From a virus (taxonomy: Duplodnaviria > Caudoviricetes), in the IMG/VR virus record IMGVR_UViG_2595698914_000001, positions 32,001-96,000 of that record: a stretch of 64,000 bases of DNA; one strand, written 5' to 3'. Under the pieces are notes generated by a model. That model saw nothing but the letters and a program-made list of their open reading frames with translations, was not told the DNA's origin and searched no databases. The stretch's first letter is position 1. Each line of letters starts with the position of its first letter. A program made the translations under genes and the position numbers. Shown here piece by piece: positions 9,623-17,591 of the stretch.

Positions 9623-11662
9623 ATGAGTTTAAAACTAACGATATACAATAGTGAGTGTCTTAGGTTAGCTAAATCACTAATGATAAAATCTGATTTATTA
9701 GCCCGAGATGTTGAATACCGTCTCTCAGGGAATAGTAATTATTTAAATAATCCCAGAACTACATGGAAGTATTATTTAAGTATGTCTGGTCAGTATCATG
9801 AGACTCACCAGATGATGTACGTTACATCTCTAGATACCTTGAGTAGCATAGAATTTACTAAAGAAAATCTTAAGCTACATCCAGTGACAAAAGAAAAGTA
9901 CACTCCTAATAGTGAACTTACAAATGAATTGATTCAATTGTATCCAGAGAATCAACTGTTAATACTTGGTATCATCTACGAATTAAGTATTGATGATGTT
10001 ATAAGTGCTGATGAGTTTACTATTATGGGGTATGACTCATCTCTAGTTGGAGTTCAGGAAATAAACCTTATACCCGAATTACAAACTAGGTTATACAGTG
10101 AGTATCATACCTACATTAATAAGGACTACGCAGATATAGAACCTTATTACGGTCTAGTAGTTATGTCTAATATCGCTAAACAGTCGCTTATAGCCATTAA
10201 GGTTATTAGGTTAAGTAATTATAAAACTACACGTGCTTGTGATTTTTATATCTGGACTTATATAAATTCTAAATTATACCTAGAAGATTTAAAAGACGAT
10301 TTAAAGATAGCAGATATCTTCTACCTATATAAAAACATAGATAGGTTAGTAAGGGATTCAGGTAGTAATGCGGTATTATACGAGCTTATAGCTAAGTTCC
10401 TTACCACAGAATCAATTACTACTTATCAGTTAAATTATGTTAATGATATAACTGGTATTGGTGAATTGGAGTCTTCTTCAAGTATAGTATATAAAGAAGT
10501 TGGTATCGGTTCTGGTATATCAGATAAAGATACTTTATTTAGTGAGTACATTGAAGATGCTATAGCGTCTAGTGAAGGAACTATAGATAACTACACTGAT
10601 GTTATTTCTGAACGTATGGAATTTGCTCCGAATAGAAATAAGACTCGTGAACTTAAGGTATTCGAACTAGTTAAGAACTCAACCGATACACAGATACTAC
10701 TTACCGATATCGATGTTCATGTTCAATCTTTTATAGAAGGGTTCTATGGTGGTACATTTAATATAACTAACCATATCACTAGTCGTGTGTATAGTCTTAA
10801 CTTACAAGAAGTATTTATTCTATATAAGTACATTATTCTTCGTAAGTTTGAATTGGAACCAGGTATAATATTACCTCATACCATATACACGTTACCAGTT
10901 AAAGAACTTCCCACTATACCTTACTTAGTTAATAAGTATTCTATTGATAGTTCTGAAGCAGAAGATATTTTAGCTAGCGTTCCTAAAGTACCTACTACAT
11001 TGATAACTAGAGAAGAACTAGATAATTATATATTAGAAGTTAAAACTTCTTACTCTAACACTATACGTTTGGTACGTCAATCAATGACTCGTAGTAACCA
11101 ATCAATGTTAGTTGGAATATATAACGATTTATACACAACGGAAACTTACGATCTAACACCCACCGAAACTACCTATGAAGCATGGTTAGCTTATAGAGGT
11201 ATTGACTTTGGGGACTTCACCAATATAGATTTCGATATCATTGAAACTTATATCTTGGATGAAGTATTTAATATAGATTTATCCACTAGAACATCAGGAT
11301 ACGCATTAGCGTTAACTGAATTACTTCGTCGCTTTAATAATTACAACGTAAACGTTAGAGCGGAAGCTGGTTCTGATAACTTAATTGATTATCATGTTTC
11401 GCCTTTATTCTCCGGGATAGAACGGTTAGACGTTACGTTCCTCGATAATCAAATTAACTTCGATATAAATACGAGGTATGCTAAGTTAGAATCTTATCCT
11501 ACTATTGTTTATAATAGGATATCTAATTTTAGTAATAAAGTTAATACTAGTCCTAGCGAATTAACCGCTAATCACAAAGGTAAATCTCTAAGCTATAGAA
11601 GTGAAGTTGTAACTTCTATGTCTAATCAGTATAACAATCCAATTGAGTTAAGGAACTTATAA
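9623..11662 (+). CDS. Virion structural protein (phiKZ gp128-like, probable tail/baseplate)
   Basis: N-terminal TWKYYLSMSGQYH...SLDT...FTKENL pattern typical of this chimallivirus family. Head-to-head with the portal gene. Confidence 0.7.
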   Translation: MSLKLTIYNSECLRLAKSLMIKSDLLARDVEYRLSGNSNYLNNPRTTWKYYLSMSGQYHETHQMMYVTSLDTLSSIEFTKENLKLHPVTKEKYTPNSELTNELIQLYPENQLLILGIIYELSIDDVISADEFTIMGYDSSLVGVQEINLIPELQTRLYSEYHTYINKDYADIEPYYGLVVMSNIAKQSLIAIKVIRLSNYKTTRACDFYIWTYINSKLYLEDLKDDLKIADIFYLYKNIDRLVRDSGSNAVLYELIAKFLTTESITTYQLNYVNDITGIGELESSSSIVYKEVGIGSGISDKDTLFSEYIEDAIASSEGTIDNYTDVISERMEFAPNRNKTRELKVFELVKNSTDTQILLTDIDVHVQSFIEGFYGGTFNITNHITSRVYSLNLQEVFILYKYIILRKFELEPGIILPHTIYTLPVKELPTIPYLVNKYSIDSSEAEDILASVPKVPTTLITREELDNYILEVKTSYSNTIRLVRQSMTRSNQSMLVGIYNDLYTTETYDLTPTETTYEAWLAYRGIDFGDFTNIDFDIIETYILDEVFNIDLSTRTSGYALALTELLRRFNNYNVNVRAEAGSDNLIDYHVSPLFSGIERLDVTFLDNQINFDINTRYAKLESYPTIVYNRISNFSNKVNTSPSELTANHKGKSLSYRSEVVTSMSNQYNNPIELRNL

Positions 11663-12528
11663 TGGCTATAAATTTAAATCTTGAACCACGAAGAACTACT
11701 TGGGGTGCAGTTGCTCAAACCGCAGCCATTGCTAAAGTTCCTGTGGATTATTTAGCGGGTACTACCCTAAATGAAAAGTTTGGTGTCTTTCAAAACGAAA
11801 GTATTAATTCTGCAACCGATTATCCTGAATTATCTTACTTCGGTATAGGTCGTGGTAGTACTTACATGAAAGTACTTAGTGACTCATCTAGTCAGAGTGA
11901 GAATTACCTACATGAACCATTTGATGCAGCATTATTCTATCAGTTACCTTTTGTTCTTAGAACTCTAGATAATGACATTCCAGCAGAAAAACGAGTTAAG
12001 TATGCAATGCGTTGTATTGTGGAAAAAGACGGTATTGAGTATGTCGCTTATTATCTTAAAGCATTAGACAAGTCTAGTAGTTCAATTACTACTAAGACCG
12101 TTGTTCCTGCAACAGACACCGAATCAGAAACCTCTACCGATTTGATCTCTGACCCTCGTTACCTTAATCCTGTACCGACTAAAGCAGATGCGGGTAATGT
12201 AAGAACCGACGGTGCTTATATTCGTGTTAGTTTACTACTCCAGTCTAAATTAGATGCTTGGGATATTTCTGAAATCTTAAATGCTAAACAGATACTAACT
12301 GGTAACAATCAATTAGAAATAACTGAAGTTGGTTTATTTGTTGGTATTCCTAAATCAGTTAGTAGTAGTATTACAAATGAAGCAGTAGTTTATACTGAGT
12401 CGTTACGTGCACAATTATCTATGGTTAGTCCACACCGTATTCTACTTAACCAGTTTGAAGACCGTGAACTTGTAATAAATCATGACTTAGGTGTTGATGA
12501 CCCTACTTCATTAAGTTACATCTTTTAA
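11662..12528 (+). CDS. Virion structural protein (conserved phiKZ-like tail/baseplate family)
   Basis: TTLNEKFG, YFGIGRG, LPFVLR..DND and YVAYYLK motifs. TAATG translational coupling. Confidence 0.65.
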   Translation: MAINLNLEPRRTTWGAVAQTAAIAKVPVDYLAGTTLNEKFGVFQNESINSATDYPELSYFGIGRGSTYMKVLSDSSSQSENYLHEPFDAALFYQLPFVLRTLDNDIPAEKRVKYAMRCIVEKDGIEYVAYYLKALDKSSSSITTKTVVPATDTESETSTDLISDPRYLNPVPTKADAGNVRTDGAYIRVSLLLQSKLDAWDISEILNAKQILTGNNQLEITEVGLFVGIPKSVSSSITNEAVVYTESLRAQLSMVSPHRILLNQFEDRELVINHDLGVDDPTSLSYIF

Positions 12529-13124
12529 TGCGTTTGATGGCATTTGACCCAAGTCTAAGAAACTTGGGTGTCTCCACTGGTAATATAATCGACCATCGAT
12601 TACATGTAGATTACGGTGAGACGTTTTATATTGATAAGTTAGTTGACAAGTATAGTGATAGACCCGAATGGGATATCGATCCTAATACACGTCGTTGCAT
12701 TTTATTAGAAACTATTGTTGAAGCTATGATTGCCTCTCATAGACCAGACATACTTATAATTGAGTTACCTATTTATAATAGTCTTAATCCTAAAAGTTTA
12801 CAGGTTCAAATGAAAGCTATAACTATCTTAGAAATGGTAGCTTTAAAGGTTAGCCCACATCTTAAAACTAACATTGTCGAGTACATGCCTAATGTCATCA
12901 AATTAGGTGTTGGTATAGATGTTGCTAAAAAAGATATGGGGGATAAGCTCCAAATTACTAAAGCACTGAAACGTTGCGAGGCTGAAGGTACGTTAGTATA
13001 CACAAAAGCAGAGTATAGACCAGACGTTCTAGATGAACATGCGAACGATTCTGTAGCTATGCTTTACACAAAGTATAAGGAGTTACAAAATGAGTTTTAT
13101 GGCGAGTCTAGGAAAAGTGGGTAG
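12528..13124 (+). CDS. RuvC-like Holliday junction resolvase
   Basis: RNase H-fold acidic motifs AFDPSLRNLG, LIIE and DEHANDSVA. Confidence 0.8.
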   Translation: MRLMAFDPSLRNLGVSTGNIIDHRLHVDYGETFYIDKLVDKYSDRPEWDIDPNTRRCILLETIVEAMIASHRPDILIIELPIYNSLNPKSLQVQMKAITILEMVALKVSPHLKTNIVEYMPNVIKLGVGIDVAKKDMGDKLQITKALKRCEAEGTLVYTKAEYRPDVLDEHANDSVAMLYTKYKELQNEFYGESRKSG

Positions 13125-13674
13125 TGCGGCTCTGGCTACCACTGGTCCATTAGGTATAGCGGCTGCGGCAGCTATTAATGTATTTTTAGGGGAAGATGAT
13201 GCAGTTACTTCATCTGACTCAATAGATTCATTAGAAGCTAAGTTAGCGTCTCTACCTGAAGATAAACGTGCTCAAGTAATGCAGTCTTACTATAATTTCT
13301 TAGGCCGTCAGGTCGAAAGTAATAATGGTGTTATTATTAATAAGGACAGTGAGCTAACAGAGCAACTACGTATAATGGAGGAATCTGATAAACTGACTAA
13401 AGTTCGTCCAGATATAACTACACGAATGTCTTGGCTTATTATAGTTCTGACATCGTTAGTTACAGTTATGCATTGTATTGATGTATTCTGGAACGGTAAT
13501 TCTTTTGATGTTTATCTTATCGGTGCGCTTATGGCGTTACCTACGTGGGTAATTAAGAAGTATTTTGACCGAAGGACTGACGATAAAGCTATTAAGGCCA
13601 ATTTACTTAGTAATCAACAGATTGAAGTTCCCAAGAATATTGGGTCTAAAATCATCAACAAACTTATTAATTGA
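13090..13674 (+). CDS. Putative holin (3TM / GTA-type holin family)
   Basis: N-terminal GPLGIAAAAAI, then a coiled region, then VRP followed by two hydrophobic helices and YFDRR. Confidence 0.6.
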   Translation: MSFMASLGKVGSAALATTGPLGIAAAAAINVFLGEDDAVTSSDSIDSLEAKLASLPEDKRAQVMQSYYNFLGRQVESNNGVIINKDSELTEQLRIMEESDKLTKVRPDITTRMSWLIIVLTSLVTVMHCIDVFWNGNSFDVYLIGALMALPTWVIKKYFDRRTDDKAIKANLLSNQQIEVPKNIGSKIINKLIN

Positions 13675-13681
13675 GGCATCT

Positions 13682-14167
13682 ATGTTTAGTCAAACAATTA
13701 AGCGTATGCGTAACTATAATGAAGGTCGTGCTGATACCACTATTACTACCGATCTTCTTTGGTGTATTGTTACAACCGTATTAGCTGTGGTATTAGCGTT
13801 CTTTGTAAATCAACACATCGTGGCTGGCGGACAGCCTTTAATCACTGAGTTCTTTGCTGGTGTAATTCATGCCATCATGTACTTACAGGCACTTACCTTA
13901 ATGCTTCTTGCTTTAAGTTATCTATCCGCTACGATTAAAATGTACAGAGGTGTCATAATGACAGCTTTACCCATAGGTGTCTACATGGTAGTCTGGACGA
14001 TACAGCAACCAGAACCTGTAGCACTTATGTATAGTTATGGTGCAGTTATTTCTATATTAGGAATTGCTTTCTATAAGGTCACAGCATTAATTCGGTATCT
14101 ATTTGTAACCGTATGGTGTCCTTCTAGTATTCAGCCTAATAAGCACCGTCGTTGTACAGATCGTTAA
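13682..14167 (+). CDS. Membrane protein with about 4 TM helices
   Basis: Likely start at 13682 after GAGG. Several hydrophobic segments. Directly follows the holin. Confidence 0.7.
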   Translation: MFSQTIKRMRNYNEGRADTTITTDLLWCIVTTVLAVVLAFFVNQHIVAGGQPLITEFFAGVIHAIMYLQALTLMLLALSYLSATIKMYRGVIMTALPIGVYMVVWTIQQPEPVALMYSYGAVISILGIAFYKVTALIRYLFVTVWCPSSIQPNKHRRCTDR

Positions 14168-14176
14168 TGAGATTAT

Positions 14177-14209
14177 ATAAGAGACTGGGGTAATTCCTAG
14201 TCTCTTATT
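14177..14209 (+). terminator. Terminator-like hairpin
   Basis: ataagagactgggg-taat-tcctagtctcttat. Confidence 0.65.
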
Positions 14210-14233
14210 GACCCGTTTAATTATTGTAAAATA

Positions 14234-14348
14234 TATGGATGGTAGGAGTATTAACCTTTTAGGCTAGACTCTAATCCACAACGGATAAGATGTATTAGGA
14301 GTAGTCGAAAGGCTACTTCTGATATGTTCCCTAAAACTTAACTTTTTT
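14234..14348 (+). ncRNA. Candidate small structured RNA 1
   Basis: TATG at 14234. A 17-bp hairpin 14290-14327 with a GAAA loop that needs several G-U pairs, so it is strand-specific. Enclosing stem ttttagg/cctaaaa. Ends in a T run. Confidence 0.45.
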
Positions 14349-14373
14349 ATTAATACAACCAACTATAAAGTAT

Positions 14374-14650
14374 TATGTAGGAAACTACACTCGACCGAGC
14401 GGACTGCCCTTTGACTAATCTTCAATACGCCGAAGAAACGATAGGGGAAAGAAAACAGGCTAGTAGGTTGAGTTCGTCGAGAAGGCTCGGTTATTGCGTC
14501 AACCAACACCCACATCCAAACCCATTAAACCTCATCCAACTTCACGGTTGGGTGGGGTGGGATTGAATGAGGACTCGCTTCTAAAGCATGGCAATAACAA
14601 AGAACTCTCGATGGGGGATTGGTAGAATAGGATGGAGGGGACTGGTCCCC
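14374..14650 (+). ncRNA. Candidate structured RNA 2 (GC-rich, G-rich 3' end)
   Basis: AAGTATTATG start and 5' hairpin gtag-gaaa-ctac. Pairings ccgagc/gctcgg, tcgaga/tctcga, gttattgc/gcaataac, cctcatccaac/gttgggtgggg and ggggac/gtcccc. No ORF in the track. Confidence 0.5.
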
Positions 14651-14910
14651 TATATATATAATATATATATAATATAGATCAGATTTTAAAAAGATCAAAT
14701 TTAAGATCTAATGAAGTCGTAAATAAATTTACTCCACAGTTCATTAGAAACTTAAATATAAAATTAAACTCTGTTTTAACAGGAATGATCTAAATCTTTA
14801 AGAAGTCGCTATCACTCTTCGAGTTGCTCCCTAAATAAACCAAATAAAATTCCTGTTAATAGAATAAAAAAATTATAGATCCTTTTTCCTACGGAAGTAA
14901 GATCAAATAG
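14651..14910. other. Origin-like element: TA-repeat unwinding tract, six GATC sites and an inverted repeat
   Basis: tatatatataatatatatataatata at 14651-14676. GATC at 14677, 14693, 14705, 14787, 14878 and 14901. Inverted repeat ttaacaggaat (14776) / attcctgttaa (14849). Confidence 0.4.
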
Positions 14911-15030
14911 ATATAAATGGGTGGAATGCGGGCTGCGGCGGAGTTAATACGTATAGCTCTAATTGGTCCTGTATGGACTCATAATGATAGTTTACATCTT
15001 AGATGATAAAGTACTCAACTTAATAATATC

Positions 15031-16026
15031 ATGTCTTATAATAGCTTACAGGAAGAACTAGAGCATATGTTAAATTTAAAGAATGTCAACTCAAAGGTAT
15101 CATTGCTACCGTTAAAGGATTTATCTGTATTAGAACTAATGTTTCTACCAGAACACGATAATTACTTTAGGGTCAACTCAGACGAGTCTAGAAGGAAACA
15201 GGTAGATTATATGGAATTCTTAGTTAAAGCCTCTAAGAATAGATTAGCGTGTGAAATTAGACTAGGTAATAACTTAGTTGGATTTATAATGGTCGCAGGT
15301 AAAGATAATAGACTGGTGGGCGGTATATTCCCAGAGTTCAAAAGACAAGGTATCTATAGTCTAGCTAGAAACGCTGTAATTAACTTATTAAACTCAGTTG
15401 GAATCTATAACATAGTTTACTCTATAGACAAGAGTAACGATACGATGGCTAAGTTTGCTAGTGATCAATACAGTACAAATCTAGATGGTAACTTGAGAGT
15501 AGTTCATTACCAACCAAATAAACCATCCGCGTATATTAGTCCTAAAGTTAAACTAGGTAATAAGTTTGGGGCCTATGAAGGTGAATTATATCATCTTAGT
15601 TTTAATAGTAAATTAAAGACTTTAACCCCTAGACTTCCTGAGGGCGATTCTAAGGACGGTAAGTTCAGTGAACCATTAATCCCTAGAGTTTCTATGTCGC
15701 CGTCTCCTGAGTTATGTTTCAGAGCCATCTACGCTAATATAAATAACTTACTAGAAGACTCAGATGAACCCGAGATAACATTTACTCTTTACAGGGCTAA
15801 GAAGTATAATTCTAAGAAGTTACATACTCCAGATGAGTTAATATCTAAAGGATGGGTACATGACGCTCATATCACCCTAGAGCATTTCTCAACTGATGAT
15901 GTGGAACTTGAAGTGATAGAACAGATTACATTTAAAAATACAAGTGATGATATAGGTTTATTTTACCAACCATTTACAAAAGGCGATAACTTATATCATT
16001 CACCATTATCAATTATTAAAGTATAG
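15031..16026 (+). CDS. Two-domain protein: N-terminal GNAT acetyltransferase plus a C-terminal phage domain (possibly ADP-ribosyltransferase-like)
   Basis: LVGFI...PEFKRQGIYS...SN matches the GNAT acetyl-CoA motif. C-terminal LYHLS...PRLP...PRVSMSPS...E pattern. Confidence 0.55.
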   Translation: MSYNSLQEELEHMLNLKNVNSKVSLLPLKDLSVLELMFLPEHDNYFRVNSDESRRKQVDYMEFLVKASKNRLACEIRLGNNLVGFIMVAGKDNRLVGGIFPEFKRQGIYSLARNAVINLLNSVGIYNIVYSIDKSNDTMAKFASDQYSTNLDGNLRVVHYQPNKPSAYISPKVKLGNKFGAYEGELYHLSFNSKLKTLTPRLPEGDSKDGKFSEPLIPRVSMSPSPELCFRAIYANINNLLEDSDEPEITFTLYRAKKYNSKKLHTPDELISKGWVHDAHITLEHFSTDDVELEVIEQITFKNTSDDIGLFYQPFTKGDNLYHSPLSIIKV

Positions 16027-16134
16027 TAATCAATAACTTAGATAATTCATTTATTGATACACAATCGTAATAGTATATGTAGTATTCTATCTACTACAAA
16101 AATAACTGTAACTAAACCAAGCAAGGAGAACGTA

Positions 16135-16425
16135 ATGAGAAAAACATTACGCCTAGGGTTGGCTTTAGCAGCTACGTTATTCGTTACAGCAGCATACTCG
16201 TCTGAACACGTTTCAGATGATGCGGCATACCAAACCGTGGATTATAAATATCCTGGTCTTTTTGAGCGAACTGTAGATGTTAAAGTATTAGCCGTAGATA
16301 TCAACGCTTCTAAGTTAGATTACATGCCTGACCGAGTACTTATCAAATACGTAAGTAGAGTTAATGTACTCAACCCATTGAAACTTAGACTTAGTGATTA
16401 TCGCCAAGTCTGGGACGATGGTTAG
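16135..16425 (+). CDS. Small exported protein with a Sec signal peptide
   Basis: Strong SD AAGGAG at 16123. MRKTLRLGLALAATLFVTAAYS signal peptide with an A-x-S cleavage site. 96 aa. Confidence 0.7.
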   Translation: MRKTLRLGLALAATLFVTAAYSSEHVSDDAAYQTVDYKYPGLFERTVDVKVLAVDINASKLDYMPDRVLIKYVSRVNVLNPLKLRLSDYRQVWDDG

Positions 16426-16449
16426 GTACTCTAAACTAACTTAGATAGA

Positions 16450-16835
16450 AGCGCGTTGATAACGCATCAAAAAAATACACGTTAGATTTATCGTGTAGGT
16501 GTTGAAAGATACACCAAACCGAGACCCCTCGCTAATTGTCCATTACGACAAATTAATTTTGCCTTCGCAATCAAGATTAATGAGGGGTACTCACCAATTA
16601 CACTAAGTGAGTATTTTATTAAGTATTCAGTTCGGGTATAGCGATAGAGAGAATAATAATGAAAGTTAGACTATTACTTCATTTGAGTGTAAACGTTACT
16701 CGTAAGAGATAATCCCGATGAGCTACTCTAAAAGCCTTGCACAGCGACTCTTTATGATTGAGTAGTGGCGACATCATATATAAATATCATAGGGTTAAGT
16801 TATTAATTTAAATATTAGAATTTAACTCTATGCTA
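16450..16835 (+). ncRNA. Candidate long structured RNA, or a highly structured 3' extension of the 16135 mRNA
   Basis: Consecutive helices gcgtt/aacgc, tacacg/cgtgta, ggtgt/acacc, acccctc/gaggggt (enclosing two hairpins), tactcac/gtgagta, ctc-gtaa-gag, gctactc/gagtagt and catagggttaagtt/aatttaactctatg. No ORF in the track. Confidence 0.5.
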
Positions 16836-16859
16836 TTTCCGTAGTATATTAATAAGTAT

Positions 16860-16970
16860 TATGTGTTTTTTGGTTTCCCAACCAGTTAGGTTTTACTTCC
16901 AATTTTCCCTAACGTTAAACACTTCTCCTTGTTGAGTTTAAGGTCCAGTCTTCGGGCTGGACCTCTTTTA
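16860..16970 (+). ncRNA. Candidate sRNA with three pyrimidine-rich (anti-SD) loops and a cUUCGg terminator
   Basis: AAGTATTATG start as at 14368. Hairpins with loops ttccca, ttttacttccaattttc and ttctcctt. Terminator aggtccagtc-ttcg-ggctggacct-ctttt. Confidence 0.6.
16941..16969 (+). terminator. Intrinsic terminator with cUUCGg tetraloop
   Basis: 10-bp stem, UUCG loop, T run. Confidence 0.8.
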
Positions 16971-17078
16971 CCGATTACTTTGACAAAGTCAATAATCATA
17001 TATGAAGTCCCTAATTTAGTACATCGAGATTGGAGATATAATCTTAATCATTTAAATATAAAATCAATAGGTTACACT

Positions 17079-17570
17079 ATGTCAATAAAAAAATATTACG
17101 TTGAGTTAGTAGAGTTAAAGAGAACATTGGCTCAATTAAAGTTACCTAAACCAAGAACATCAAGTAATAAACATGAATTCAATTATATACGTGAATGTCT
17201 AGAAGATTACTTATACATCACTAATTATCTTTTCGAAGATATTAAGAGTCCTAATAATAAACCTTATTACTTAGATAGCCAAGTTAATTTAATAGTACGT
17301 ATCAATGTTAATAATATAGGATACATCAAGGAACGCACCATACGCACTACAGCACTCTTTACTCCTCTAACTAGAGAAGAGTCTAAAGAACTACGTAGAA
17401 TGGCACAGGAGCTTTCTGACGCAGCTTTAACTATAGTTGTTAATCCTAATCTAACTGACTATGTAGGTACTAGAAATAAATTCGATTATGAAAGTATAGT
17501 AGTCTACTTAGAATCTCTCATTCTATATCTAAATAGTGTTTATATGGTATTGAATGTTGATAACGTTTAA
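17079..17570 (+). CDS. Hypothetical protein
   Basis: Likely start MSIKK at 17079. The longer TTG start would run through the terminator. Confidence 0.65.
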   Translation: MSIKKYYVELVELKRTLAQLKLPKPRTSSNKHEFNYIRECLEDYLYITNYLFEDIKSPNNKPYYLDSQVNLIVRINVNNIGYIKERTIRTTALFTPLTREESKELRRMAQELSDAALTIVVNPNLTDYVGTRNKFDYESIVVYLESLILYLNSVYMVLNVDNV

Positions 17571-17591
17571 TTTATAAGAAGGAAGTTTATT

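Noticed and set aside
14374-14650. RNase P, tmRNA or tRNA identity for the structured RNA
   Set aside because: No GAGGAAAGUC/P4 core, no tRNA-like acceptor or T arm with CCA, and no tag ORF could be found by eye.
14708-14752. Hammerhead-like CTAATGA...GAAAC
   Set aside because: The core is not CUGANGA, and ctaatgaa pairs directly with ttcattag, giving a simple hairpin.
14651-14910. CRISPR array or iteron array
   Set aside because: Only short GATC-centred words with irregular spacing; no 23-47-bp direct repeats with spacers. No CRISPR array was seen anywhere in the window.
16929-17078. N-terminal extension of the 17079 ORF from a TTG start
   Set aside because: It crosses a strong terminator and lacks an SD.
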